Shown here: positions 11,581 to 25,067 of the stretch, in pieces
Layout of the letters: every line of letters begins with the position of its first letter
Numbering within the stretch: position 1 is the stretch's first letter
Source: Botryllus schlosseri
Lineage: Eukaryota
Direction: 5' to 3'
NCBI GenBank assembly: GCA_051294905.1
Contig: CM119371.1
Coordinates: forward strand, 25,422,001-25,486,000
DNA: 64,000 nt
Made by a program: the position numbers and the translations under genes
The notes under the pieces: model-generated
What the model saw: only the letters and a program-made list of their open reading frames with translations
Told to the model about the DNA's origin: nothing
Databases searched by the model: none

Positions 11581-13552
11581 TAAAGAAAGTCTTTAAATAT
11601 GTAAACATGTTGCAAATATCGGCGACATATATTTCCCGCTCAGCGCGACGAAAAATTTCGAGATTTGGCGGATTTTGTCGAATGTTAATTTGCAATGAGA
11701 ACTCACGGATATAGGCTTTAGAAAGGTCGCTTCACTATATAATCATATGTCCCTACTGTACCCTCTACTGCGACGCCATTTTTCTTCAGTGCCCTCCATA
11801 CCGCCCCCCTGAGCTCCGTGCCCCCCATATCGCCCCGTGAGCGTTTCCGTCCCCTTCAGAATTCAAATCGCCCCTTGGGGGCGCTGACGACAAGGTTGAG
11901 AAACACTGGGTTAAGCGAATTCGAGGCGGTTATTGATTACGGGCACAGCATCAATTTGAATTTGTCAAATGAACAAACTTGACATTCAGCTCGATTTGGA
12001 TTATTATTGATCGTTTGCTATAGACTAGAATTATTTTGCGCATAATTTCAAAACTCCGAAGAAATCGCTCGCGGCACACTTACAACACGTAACTGGCACA
12101 CTGGTGTGCCGCGGCACACCGGTTGAGAACCACTGGTATAGGCAGTGACTTCGTTCCTGATCAATAAGGCGAATTTTTTGACATGTAAAGTCAAGTCAAT
12201 TTTTTGTCAAAATTGTAGCATTAGATTAGAATTTGTCAAAATTGTTTACGAAGTCCAAATTGTTTTGTAACCTACATGTCGTCTGTATCGTAGTTGTTTG
12301 CACTGTCGATGAACCGTAGCCTATATAGAGGCTATTGATGAACATATCATTTGATCTCGTAGTCTACGCTATACGCCTACCGATGCAGACGGCCATTAAC
12401 TGATCATAAACGGTTAAATGAAACAAATAGGTTGACATGGTGTTATGCTCAACGTACCGCAAAATCCTAACTGAAGCAAGTCTGCGTGGGCATTAGTTCT
12501 TTTATGAAAAAGCGCATGATAAAAATCACCAGCTGTGTGCGCACAACTTCAATGTTGCCAGTAAACAACTGCTACTGTTGAACGTTCGTTCTCCATTCTT
12601 GGCAATCTACTTAGTGAAGACAGTCACTTTCAACCCGGAAATGCAGGAATGTATCTTTAGTTGTACTACTACAAATTTTAATTATATCTACCATGTAACT
12701 ACTGGAATTCTTTATAGGTCAAGATTTCAGTAAAATAATTTTTCATGTAAAAATTTGTCAGTTTTCAAGTCAATAAAGTTTTCGCAGGCCAAACTACTTC
12801 GTAAGGACAGACAGTTCTAACCAGAAATGAAGATATTTAGTATAATTCTAACGTTATGTGGGAAAACGCCCAAGTTACATACATGATGTCACAATTTGGT
12901 CAAAATAAAGTGTTTTATGATAAAAAAAATGTCAAATATTTGATATTTTGGTTCAAAATATTCCATTTTTATGTAAAAAAAACACCCTACTGATCACCTC
13001 TGAATATTAACGTCAGCGTTGTCAACATTGCTACTTCATTTTGAGTAGATATAATTATGGCGACATGTCAAAATATGTTCATGTAAGTGGTGTAAAGTAT
13101 AATTGGTCGACTTGTCACGTATCAGGCATGCACATTAGCCACTTTCTAAACTACAGGGAGCATATTCGCGAATAACACAAAAGTACCAATGAGATTGCTA
13201 ATAGGCGCAATTTCCCAAAACATATATCCAGTTACCATAATACAAACGCCATTGCGTTGTGTTGTCGGGGCAATTTTACACATTGAAGCGATGAAACGAT
13301 ATCTCAATACTAAGTTATACATTACAAACACAAAAGCAAGAAAATAAATGTCTTACTATATAAGCTCTAAAGTAGAAGGGTAAGTAGTCCAATTCAAACC
13401 TCTTGAGCAAGTATATAGGCTAGTACTAGTACGCAAAACATGCTTGAGCACTTGAAAATGTCGAAGTATACTGCGTTATTGAACCCCTCTGAGTATACAT
13501 CATTGAAGAATTAGGATAATATAAGGAGCCAACAACATAGAATACAACTCAC

Positions 13553-13613
13553 CTTTTACGCTTCCAACAGCTATTAATAATGCGAAGAAAAAGATATATA
13601 TCGATGACATCAT
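13553..13613 (-). CDS. Probable first coding exon (signal peptide) of a secreted/membrane protein gene; downstream exons not identified
   Basis: ATG ATG..: MMSSIYIFFFALLIAVGSVK(G) followed by a canonical AG|GTGAGT phase-1 donor, in non-repetitive DNA. Confidence 0.5.
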
Positions 13614-14820
13614 CGAATAAACCGAGAGCAAGTCACGTCACCGGTGACCCGGAGAGGAATTAGTGCAGTTTTAAAAGAAGATAAAATGTCAAACGAAAAA
13701 TCTGTTACAATCGATAATAATCTTAGGCAGTCCTGTGAAAGCATATCATAACTTTAAAATGTGCAACTTCATCTTAGCATTACTACGTTACTTTATTTTC
13801 AACAACCAAACAGTAAATTCGATCGATCGCCTATGATTTCAGTCGCAAAATCTTAAATATTGCTTTTCCATCATCATATAAGGGCCTGTACTTCACTATA
13901 AGGTCTATGATCAAGTGATTAGGACCCAATTTCACCATACATGAGCCATTCAGAGGTTTTCATATTTTTATTCACATTCGATCGTTTGCAATTTAGCTGT
14001 CGACGAAAAATAGAACAAATGAAATATTATCAATTATAGCATCTCGGATGATCAATTGCTGTTATATTGCGAAGTGATGTTAAATTTTCTCCTGTATTTG
14101 GGGCTCGGTTCTTTTCAATTTCAATGCAATGACATAGTTCATGCCAGACATAAATTTCAAGTGACACATGCAATCGACGAAGAGGGCAACCAAAAACAAT
14201 ACAACTGCATATTTCGACTCTGTGAGATAGATCAAAGAGGACAGCTTGAGAGACAAACAGATTTGAAAACATTCGGAATATATGATCGTTGACTGAAATA
14301 TATGATATGATAAAACTTGCCGAAATGAATATATATGAGATCGGAAGAAATCAACGACGACATCTGAAGCATACCTGAGACATATCTAGTATCTACCTAA
14401 ATGTAGTCACTGTGGCATCATCATTTATAAAAGTACTCCACTATATCTGGAAATTTGTTGAAATATTCAGACTAACACCTTGAGGTAATACCCTTACCAT
14501 TAATACCGCATAGTATATGCCTCAAAGTATTTTCTGATAGTAATTTCGCGGCACACCTCAATTGTCAAGTGATGAACCTGACTTGAATGGCGAAAGACGT
14601 TTCTGTTTTTCGTCATAATATTGACAATAATATCAAAATAAATAATCCGTGATTCCTGACAAATCTATTTCAGATTTATTGATCAATCTCAGAACATAAC
14701 TGCAAGTAACTTACGCAACATCTTTTACTTCCCGGGTTTGATCAGTCATTAAAAATAACATTGAGGAGGGTGAGCTAATTTGTTTCGTAATAGTCCAATA
14801 GAAATTTTCCATAAAGCAGT

Positions 14821-15068
14821 ATGCCATTATAGAGTATGACTGGAGTGACGACTCGATTGCTCTCCCATTGTTAGCCGGCAGAATGGTCACGGTCAGATGG
14901 ATGCACCCAAAACAGGATCGCTCAGTTCTTGTTTCAATGGCGTTCAAGGCGATTCGTCGTGTATTTCTTGAAGTTGCGTCGGAATTAGTCAGACAGTTCA
15001 ACATTTAGGTAGCGGTGGCTAGTCGTTATGACTAGTGAATAATACTGTGTAGCCTATGTTACATTTCT
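14821..15068 (+). repeat. ~250-bp inverted repeat, left arm
   Basis: Highly similar reverse complement of 18058-18305. Confidence 0.9.
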
Positions 15069-15396
15069 CACGAGATTGATGTGATATTGTGGCTTTGATC
15101 CTTTGTAGAGTTTGCTACGTATATGAATATAATGACAGAAGATATAGAATATCTGGTTCGTGTGCATTGGCTATTGTGAGATGAATTCATGGAAAGAAAG
15201 ACTGAAGAATACTACAAAGTGAACAAGTGGAAAGATCTTGAACTATACCGATATGCAATTCACAATATCGTTGATTGAAAATATGTCCTATATTAACTGT
15301 AGAAACTCGAGTATGAATATAACAAATAATATTGCAACTGTCTTGTAGTCTTATATAATGCCTGTCCGATAACCGCAGAAACTTGAGTATGACTAG

Positions 15397-16696
15397 CAGG
15401 ACCGTAACTGCCGCACCCCAAACCCCCCCAATTGCGGGGGGGCCCGAGCTCGAAGGGGGCCCAAAATTATTTCGCGAATTAGCATAAATTATGGAGTATT
15501 TTTCAAAAATTTATACAACTTTCTCAAAAAATTTTCGCGCTGCGTGCGATTTCTAGTTGCCAACTTTCTTAGTTATTTGGTAGCCTACTCTTCCCCAAGA
15601 CAAAATACGCAAGATTTATCGAAATGGACATATCGGCGAGACATTTAAAGTTTTAGAACATGTAACATGCGACTCCAAGAAGTGTGCCAGATCGATCGGC
15701 AGCGAGAAAACCTGGGCCAAAAAGGACTGCCCGCTTACGCTGACCGAAAACTTCATTATATATGCAAAATGCATATAGGTTTAATTGTCCATAGGCGCCT
15801 AAATGACTGGCGCCGAATGTTCCTGTCTTGGCAATCTGAACCTCAGAAGACAAATACCATTCCGCAGGGAAAAATGGTATGCCCTTAAAGAAATACCAAT
15901 TTGAAATCGTGTGCGTCGTTAGTCTAGTACATTTGGGCGATTCTGTACTTTTTGATATGACAGGAGATCACGAAATGACATCATGAAACGAAGTCATACC
16001 AACGGGGCCGCCCGCCCGAATATGTTTAATTATCATTTACGGGCCCTACAGTTTTCAAGCCACCTCATTCAGCTCTACCGGTAAATCTGACAACATGAAC
16101 AGAGAGAACAAGAAATTGATAGCAATATATATGCAATTCCCAATATTATTGACCGATTTTATCATGAACTATCGAATATTTTCGCGCTTCGCGCTGGCTC
16201 ATTAAACTGTGACCCTTATTTCGTGACAAAAGCGAACAACGTGATGGGGGGGGGCGGTTTATCACCCTATGGGAGCCCATGACCCAATTGGGGGCCTGGC
16301 CAAGTGCTGTTTCGTTCCTGCGAACGGGTATACGCCCGAAGATGTTCAATTACTATTGAGGGGTCCTACCATTTCAAACACACCTGACTCAGGTCTACCG
16401 TTAAATCTGACTACGTGGGCAGAGAGAGGATAAAAATTGATAACAATATATATTCAATTCCCGATCATATTGACCGATTAAATCATGAATTTTGAAATTT
16501 TCCGCGCTTCGTGCGTGTGGACAACCAATGCTGCCCCACTAAACGGACGGTGAACACAGATGATGAGTAGCGGTAAACAGCGTATAGCCAATGGGGGTTT
16601 GGGGGGCCAAGCCCCCCAGAAGTTCGGTTTATCACCCTATGGGTGGCCCATGACAAACGTTTTGGGGGGGGCTGACGAAGTGCTGTTACGGCCCTG
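15397..16696 (+). mobile_element. hAT (Tip100-like) non-autonomous element, family B
   Basis: CAGGACCGTAAC / GTTACGGCCCTG termini; TSD ATGACTAG; internal ~180-bp duplication. Further copies at 58409-59202 and 61477-62716, fragments at ~40.8-41.3, 46.0-46.7 and 51.2-51.8 kb. Confidence 0.9.
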
Positions 16697-16959
16697 ATGA
16701 CTAGAACAAGAGCCTTGTGTAATGTTAATGTTCTGCTTGAGCTCGACCCACAATAGCCAGAGCTTACTCCTTGAAAGTGTGCAAAATCGCACTTGAAGGG
16801 AACTCGTTGTCATTGCCAAGAACACAGGAAGACGTCTGCCGGTCGACATTAGTAGTAAGCCAATGCACCACGTCAAGGTTTCGACCAACGCATTGGTTTC
16901 CTTTTTTAGGTAGGGAACCTCAATGTGGATAGGCAGCATTTGCCACAGAGAGAAAAAAC

Positions 16960-18015
16960 TACCATACTAAAAGAGCATATTGTTCATTTTTTTTTCAAGC
17001 CATCTCGCAAACTTTTGGAAAATTTGGAGGACTTCTTTTGCTTCTCATGCAATGCAAACTTTGCAAAATTGTGAGACAAGATGTTATTCAAGTGTCTCAT
17101 TGCCTTGTCCATGACATCCTCAACCTCATTTAGGTCTGAGCCAGATTGAAGTGACACAGTATGAATTGATTTGTTATAGAATGGATCACAATGAATTGCG
17201 TCAAGTACCCTGAAAAAATTGATCTTTTTCAGGGGTTTTGCAATTTCTTTACTGTGGATAACATAAAAGCGGAAACCATCCCATGAAACTGTTCAGACGG
17301 GCTCTTCAATCCACCGACTTTCTTCTGCATCACTTTAATGAGGTTTCCCGGTGGCGCTGCAGATGTTAGACATGTGGCAATTGCTTCGTTAGCTTGCTTA
17401 GAAATGGCTCCCAAAAGCACTCCACCAAATTTATTCAAGTATGTATAAAAACATGTCAAAGTTTTTCCGTGGAAAGGCAAACTATCAAAGGCTATTTACT
17501 TACCAGATTCCTTGCTGTTGACTCCTCCAGTCTCTGTGATTGGATCCTGTTCTTTACCGCACACGAGAGAATCAAACATCTTCAAAAGTAATGCTGAAGC
17601 TGGCAATTGCGGCAAACCCAGCAACTTGTTAGCTTGGTGACAGATATTAGAATAATGTTGATAAAATCCGTCAACACCAAGTTTGCAATATTCAGAATGG
17701 AGTTGTTTCACCAATGGAAAAGCTTTGGTCACGTCTAGTTCCTCGAATGATGGGGCGCATTCAAAGTATTTTTTGCTATTTACACAAGCCCTCTTCAAAA
17801 CAGCAATTACAGCATCCTCAGATATATCCCAAGTACTGGTTGGAACTTTATGATTTTTGTAATGTTTTTTCAGAGCTTTCACAGTCGGAAAGGATGCTTC
17901 TCATTCCTCACAAATCACACCTTTCCAGTTATAGAGTCCTTCGAAACATTCTTCAATTTCCATTTCAGTTAGTCCCTCCCAGTCATCCTAAAGTGATGCA
18001 GCTGAATCAGTCATG
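16960..18015 (-). pseudogene. Degraded multi-exon gene: C2H2 zinc finger plus GGLxxPS...KSLR domain, probably transposon-associated
   Basis: ICEE*EASFPTVKALKKHYKNH (C2H2 with stop); 128-aa ORF; exon with KVGGLKSPSEQF; last exon RVLDAIH..KSSKFSKSLRDGLKK; GT/AG boundaries at ~17500 and ~17210. Confidence 0.5.
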
Positions 18016-18057
18016 ATACCGATTTCTATCCGTGACGAAATATGATCTAAATCTGGG

Positions 18058-18305
18058 GAAAAATATAACAGAGGCTACACGGTATTATTCACTAGTCATA
18101 ACGACTCGCCACCGCTACCTAAATGTTGAACTGTCTAACTAATCCCGACGCAGCTTCAAGAAATACACGACGAATCGCCTTGAACGCCATTGAAACAAGC
18201 ACTGAGCGATCCTGTTTTGGGTGCATCCATCTGACCGTGACCATTCTGCCGGCTAACAATGGAAGAACAATCGAGTCGTCACTCCAGTCATACTCTATAA
18301 TGCCA
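18058..18305 (-). repeat. ~250-bp inverted repeat, right arm
   Basis: Reverse complement of 14821-15068. Confidence 0.9.
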
Positions 18306-18754
18306 TTCACAAAATCGTTTTTAATGCAAGCAATTGTTTGCCATCCATTGATATCGCTTCTGATGCGAGGAGGCATATCTTGCATTTTGCTAATAACAAT
18401 GTATCGTTGCAGTGGCATTGACCAGCTGCGGGACCTATGCGAATCAGCTCAATACACTGCTACATATTTCATGAAATAATAGATAACAAACTATATTGAA
18501 AGAACGGAATGGGTGTTATAATACAATACACGGATGCCATATTTCCAACCAGTATAGCATTCGTGAGAGCAATTTTCAGACCATGAACCAGTTTATCATT
18601 GATTTCATGAAGCTCGTAACTTTAGAATGCCTCCATTCGCTGTTTATGGGTCTGATGATATTCATTTTACAAGGAAGTGAACGTGATATCTTTGACATGT
18701 TGTGGAAATGAAACAAACGAGGGCAATACATCGTGATTTCAACAATTTGAAACA

Positions 18755-18960
18755 AAGTGGCGTAATGGTATGATCCTCAGTTGAAGAACCGATGGGTTAC
18801 ATGTCCGACTTAGTTCTAATCCAGAATTCCCAGCTATTGTAGGTTTATCTGGGCTCTTCTTCGTCATCTGATCCGCAACATTGCTGTCTTATAAAATGTG
18901 TAGCCGATACAGAATCTAATGAAGAATATCGGCCTGGTCTAGCCTATATAAATGGCCATT
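18755..18960 (+). mobile_element. tRNA-derived SINE, diverged copy
   Basis: A-box-like GTGGCGTAATGG, then ..GTTTATCTGGGCTCTTCTTCGTCATC..GAATATCGGCCTGG..AAATGGCCA matching the family. Confidence 0.5.
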
Positions 18961-19462
18961 TTAGTCGAATAACGCTGTGAATACCACAACTACTACCACC
19001 ACCAACAACAACAAAACGTTTAGGCACCCCTGATAGCCATGTCGGTAACTATCGAAAATACCAACACGATTGTTTGCAATCCCAACGCATAGTCTGATGG
19101 CATTTAAGGTTATGACTGTTGAGAGATCTTTGAAATATGAAATTCGGACTTTACACAGAGAAATAATTATCAGCTGGCCATAAATCGTGCGGAGCGAGGA
19201 AAACTTTTCACTCAATTAATTTCCCAAAAATAATCATATTCAATGGTAGCACGTAGCATAGCCTATACATATTTTAGCGATTTTGGTGTGTAACTTTTTA
19301 TTACCTCCCTTGGGCTTGGGTGTAGCATACCTGGTCATAAGAGAAATGAAAAACACTTCGATTTACATCCTCATTTCTATGATCCAGAAAACATGTTAAA
19401 CATGGCATCGGGCTTAAGCCTATAAGCAATTATTTTATTTCTCCATAACGTTGTGTTTTACC

Positions 19463-19697
19463 ATCGAAGATATACATGGAATGGCAACGACCGATTTTGC
19501 AGCTTCGTTCCGATTCGCTGAGGCTGGATTCAGAATTGTGTTGCGGCAGCGACTGTAGGATTTCTGGACATCCAAAAGTTATCTTCCAGAGCGCAAAAAT
19601 CCTACAGTCGCTGCCGCAAAACATTTCTAACTTCAGCCTCAGCGAAGCGGAACAAAGCTGCAAAATCGGTCGTTGCCATCCCAGGTTTACATTCGAT
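19463..19697. mobile_element. Foldback/palindromic MITE (short member)
   Basis: ~100-bp arms (CATGGAATGGCAACGACCGATTTTGCAGC...) in inverted orientation; same family as 39857-40446. Confidence 0.85.
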
Positions 19698-20079
19698 AGT
19701 TTTACTACGATCATGGTACAGATGCTTGACAGACCGACCATAAAAGCATTAGCCTAACACCTACACACATTCACCAGTCACTCATTATTCAGAGACATAT
19801 ATTCTGATTCGTGCAAGGTCCGGTATCAGTCACAATCTAGCGCCGGTGTACGGACGCTACAACGCAACTATTACATTTAAAATCGTAGTATAATTCGGAT
19901 TATCGCCGTTATATTCAAACATGAAAGTTCCAGCAAATATTAAACTCTTTTCGTGTTCAAATATCCCTAGCGCCTTTGCACCCCGCTTCAGATGCTTTCA
20001 CGCCCCTCAATTTTAGAACTACTGTATTAGTAGATGGACTAGCAACGCAAGTAACATTGCACATCGAACAGGTAGATAT

Positions 20080-20340
20080 ACTGTGTAAAATGACCAAAAA
20101 ATATATGGAGACATATAATCGGCAGTGAGTCATATCAATGTGTGAATGTCTTCAAGTTGTTGAACGTACATAGCCCATCAGACCACATGTCTTATTGCAG
20201 CGTGACTGGCATAAAGACTGAACATTACAGGGGCAATCAATTTTTCATAGTTGCTCGTGGCCGCTGTCTAGTTCATTTGAAAGTCGTGGACTCTACCATC
20301 ATAAAGCTGTGACAGATGTTGGTCGAAATTATTTTTCGTG
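20080..20340 (+). mobile_element. Penelope GIY-YIG region fragment
   Basis: GTTGCTCGTGGCCG..ATCATAAAGCTG matches Penelope 1 at ~8395-8453. Confidence 0.55.
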
Positions 20341-21084
20341 ACTTTAACTAGCAGTATTTCTCCTGTGACCACATGAAAGACTCATATTTTGTTGAGATAT
20401 CATCATAGGACTTATACTCGAGTACTCGACTCGACTTTAAGCTAGCACTATATAGTTTGAAAATTTTAGATGAGGCGTTCATATAAAAAATGGTTAACGA
20501 TGATAATACTTCTATGGGCTGGATTCACAAGTACTGAACTGCTGTGGAATGAGTCAAATATTGGCATTTGACAAAGAATTCATTGCGAATCTTCAATTCT
20601 GTTTTCCGGTGCTATGCCCTTCATCAAGTGTTCATTCAAATACCAATTTGGGAAATCCGGTATGAGACAGACGACCAGATATGCGATAGTGTGTACCGGA
20701 TTAACATAGTTGTACATTGATGCGTTTTCGCTGGTATCTGATTTGTATGGAATGGAACTATTAATTAGTGGCAATCCTTATTTCCTCGTGGGTCTTGCTT
20801 GAACGTTAAACCATGTATTTCGCGATTGGCCCGAACTAATGTGTATCTATTATCTGAATAAGTAGTCGTATAGTAGTCCCTTTTGCGAGCGATTTCCATT
20901 GATTAGGTCCAGCGACATTAGTTTCGTGTTGCAAATTCATGGCATATAATAGAAATTTCGAACAACGGCATCGAACTAAACAATAGAAAATGCATGGCTT
21001 GCGAATTCGAAGAGATGAATAGATCTACTTATGTGGCAATCAATTGCATATAGTTGCTTAGTTTTTTGAAGTATCCATGGTGTA

Positions 21085-21320
21085 TGTCGACTGCTATGGT
21101 CATTTACACCAGACTGATATTCATTTTTATTTCGTAACTCCCGACTTATAGCACGGCCCACTTCTAGGCTTTTGTAAGACACCGCTTACGCGGTTGTGAC
21201 GGCGAGGAGAAGCCTGGATAAACCTCCAACACTTAGGTGCAGGAATTTAGATGTCGGCCTCGGTCGGACTCGAACTCCCAGCTCCGTGGTTACGGCTAAT
21301 TCATCATTGCGCGGGCGCAT
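21085..21320 (-). mobile_element. tRNA-derived SINE
   Basis: B box GAGTTCGAGTCC plus the shared family body. Confidence 0.7.
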
Positions 21321-22943
21321 GTATATCCCCAAATTTAACAAGAACAACAGAAAACGCATGGCTAGTGAGTTCTAGGGGATCAATATGTCTTCCGATGTGG
21401 CAATCAATTGTATATAGTAGAGGTGGTCAAATGCGGCTCCATGAGCCGTTGATTGCGACTCATTAATTATCAAGCTTGTACATCCCCAGATTGCTGAGAA
21501 AGTTGACCTGAATATAAGACAATGCATCATATCAAGCATTAGCAATAGGCGTAATATATTCGTGTTGCCTCTTTGCCTTACCGTTTACGAAGGGATGGAA
21601 AAAGTTACTGGACAGCGGCTATACAGGAATATCGTTGAGCTAATGAACTGTCCAATTGCCATCACAAAAAAAATCCGAAGCGAAAATGCTGCATAATGAT
21701 AAACATTGAACTTGATAATAAATCCCGGTAGCATGTTACGTTCAACTGCGGACACAGAATGGTGCATACCGGAGGTTCTCAACACGCGACCCGCAGACGC
21801 ATATTTTGCGGCCCGCATCATCTTTTATCACGAAAGCAATTAATACTGATATGGTATTGCTTCATATCAATTTAGCTACTTAGCTCTTTCAAGGCACCAT
21901 CTCTCTTTTGCTTAATGTATGGTTACCATACGTCCTCCTTTTGAAAGATTTGTCCCCCCTTTTCACAAAATTGAAAATGTCCGCCAAGGACACCTAAACG
22001 TTCTCCTTTTTGGCAATTTGCCCTCCTAGACAGCTTTTACGGCCAGGCTAAGGGACAGGGTTAACTGAAAATCGACATAACTAACGAGAAATAGGTAATG
22101 CGGACGATCGAGCGGGTCATTCTTGAGTCGAATTAAAGTGACGATTTGGTCACAGCCACAGAAGTGTCGTAAAAAGTGGGTAATGCGGGAGCCTAGCCAA
22201 AGTTTTGTTTTATCAACGCAACAAGATTTCCTGTAAATTTTTCTAAATCAGCTGTTTTCAATTTCGGTATACTATTTTTTATGACTTTTGGAAAGTCTCC
22301 TCCTCTCCGTATCCCAAAATATGATGAAGCTAGCTACTACGAATAAGTAATTGAATGTTGCAAGCCAAATCAACAGGATAAGTACGTTACAGGTACTTGG
22401 ATGTTCTCATTGGCAATCTCGGTTTGCATTGAAATTTATCTTCATGACTGACTTGTACCAAAGAGGCAAATGCCCAAAACCCGTTTAAACGTAATGCAAT
22501 GACAGATATACAGTGATTAAGGCGGTCAGTATAGGGATTGTGTAAACGTGAGGTTCACACTCGCGTTCTGTGAGTGTACCTCAGAAGTTTAGAGGTTCAC
22601 GTGGACAAACGAACCTTGGTAGAGTCGGAACTGTGAACCTTCTGACATACATTTGCTTTTTTCACGCCATTATAACATCTTGGTTGAAATTCTACGCTTT
22701 GTCACTTCGGGCCACTCCATGCATGGCGCTGGCAGCATAAAAAAAAACTCTAAGCGAGCATGTACCTGGCCAATCTTAAAAATTATACTTGCTTTGTTTG
22801 CAAAAGTTTGCGCGAAATATGCAGCTTTCCATTTGTAAATATTTAGTGACGCTCTGCTGTGAGCTTGACCCGCAATGACACAACATCACGAACGAGATAT
22901 GCTACATGGAGGTAGTCAGCGAATGATGCCTATTCAACTAAGC

Positions 22944-24118
22944 CAGGGGCGGGCAACATACGGCCCGTGGGCCGGATCCGGCCCGCGACGGCATTTTGTC
23001 CGGCCTGCGGACAGATTCCCGTCTTACATGATAATGCGGCCCGCGGCCCATCAGTCGGCCGAGATTCCCCACTACTTGTTTACTACGTCAAATTTTGGTG
23101 ACTGTGTGTTGTTATTCTATCCTGGTGTTCGCACTGCGCAGCGTGCGAGAGTGGAGCTTACGGGTAAGTTCGTCGAAGCGAAAATGCTTGCATTGTCAGC
23201 ATTAACTATTTACTCATCCCTAATCTTGTTTGTGGTAATCATGGTGTTAGTCCTCCACAATGGTCATTTACACCTGGCCGATATTTCTTATTTTTCATTC
23301 CGTAACCGCCAACTGCTGGTGGCACGGCACACGTCCAGGCTTTTGTGGGATACAGCTTAATAATTATGCCGATGAGATGGCGAGGAGGAGCCTAGCTAAA
23401 GCTCCAACACTTGGATTGGAATTCTGGAGTCGGACTCGAACCCACAACACATTGGTTTTGTAGCTGTGGATTATACAACTGCGCTATCTCGCCACCGACA
23501 AAATTTGGGGTACCGGGCTTATCGAACGTCCTAAAATGATAATTTAGGATTGCATTCTTGTGTTGATTGATCAGAGAGAAGCAGACATGGCGGTGCATGT
23601 ATGACAGCGGTTCTCAAGCTGGGGAACGGGAAAGTATCTGGAGGTGGCGCGAAGTCACCGTTAACTGAAAATTTTTCGCGCTCGGCGTGATTTACTTCCA
23701 GCTTATTGTACGAATTTCATATTTGAGAACTCTCTCATCAACAGCCATAACCTTTAATGCCATCAAACTATCCGTTGTGATGGCTAGCATTCTGATTTAT
23801 CTCATTAATATTTTGTGATATCTTGATAAGGAAGGGGGGCGCGGAATTTTTCACCATCAAAAAGGTGGCGTGTTTAAAAACTTTGAGAACTACTGCTTTA
23901 TGACAATGCGGTTCTCAACTCCACATTGTCATCGTCATTTTCGGGGAGAAATCGCTTCGAAATGACATTGCTGTCGTTAAAATACATTCTTTAAATACGA
24001 TTTATTCCTTGTATAATTGAATAAATGGCCGAACAATCTATCCATTCAGCAATCCGGCCCGCCAAGTACTTAATTTTCCCATATCCGGCCCGCCGACTGG
24101 AGAAGTTGCCCGCCCCTG
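22944..24118. mobile_element. hAT-Charlie MITE containing a SINE and another MITE (~23605-23895)
   Basis: Perfect TIR CAGGGGCGGGCAAC; TSD AACTAAGC. Confidence 0.9.
23268..23496 (-). mobile_element. tRNA-derived SINE, most complete copy
   Basis: Minus strand GGTGGCGAGATAGCGCAGTTG (A box) ... GGTTCGAGTCC (B box), followed by a non-tRNA body. Confidence 0.75.
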
Positions 24119-25067
24119 AACTAAGCAATAAAATTGATATAACGAGTACATCGTTGTCTAATGCAAAAATGAAGTATGCGTATGGGAACCAACTTGATTT
24201 GATATGTTGATTGTATCATAAGAACCAAATCAGTGCGATTGGGGTGTTGGCTGCTGTACAACTTGTTAATGGGGTAGTTTCGGTAGCAAGTATATAGAAA
24301 CACGTTTTACACACTGTACTGTATCAAGCAATAGTCAGACGCCGAATACAATGTTTGGTCTGCGTAGATGGCCAAGGCGTAAGCTTATTTTCCCTTGCAA
24401 GTCCTCTTCGAAATTGTAGGCGAAACTATAGAAGATATTGATTTTATGGGATAATTATAGCATTTGATTGCCCCAGTTGATACATTTGGTAACATTTAAA
24501 AAGTTAGCATGTACTTCAGCATTGTGGCATAATGTGGCCTGAGTCGTCGCTAGGTATCTACGTTGATATATCACTTCACTGAAATACAGTGTTTGAATAG
24601 GCAATATGACGTCACTTGGCGTCATAGGTTCGCGATCGCGTTCACACAGAACCTGTCAAAAAGTTTCGCGTTCACAGTAACATGAATCTTTTAGAGGTTC
24701 GCGCCATCTCTAGCGGTCGGTAATGCATCACTACATATTGAAAGCACTCAAGTAGGTTTTGCCCCCTTGCAATACTAACTCAACTGGTTCTATTTTGATA
24801 TTGCATCAATTTATCCTCAATAGCTTTATTGTAAAATATGCCTTCTTTCACGTTCTATATATGGTAAGAAAGAAATTAGTTTGGGATGTGTTGGCATCAA
24901 GTCTTTTGAAAATGGAAATAAAAACTGGGCGAATAAGGCGAAACAGCTCCTGTATCTCGGTGACTGAATTTATTTCGTCAAATCCCACATCTATAGTCGT
25001 TTGACGTTCGTTGCGAAGATACACCCTGAACCATTACTACTAGTCCATTATTATCCATCTTCTACCC

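Larger units (their letters stand above)
22532..24712. mobile_element. hAT MITE (TAGGGAT termini, GGTTCAC subterminal motifs) with nested elements
   Basis: TAGGGATTGTG / CGCCATCTCTA; flanks GCGGTCAG/GCGGTCGG. Uninterrupted inverted copy at 32343-33308. Confidence 0.8.

Noticed and set aside
22875..23360. 161-aa ORF
   Set aside because: Spans MITE and SINE junctions; no domain.
23390..23496. tRNA gene
   Set aside because: A and B boxes are present but there is no convincing cloverleaf, and it is fused to a repeated body, so it is a SINE head.
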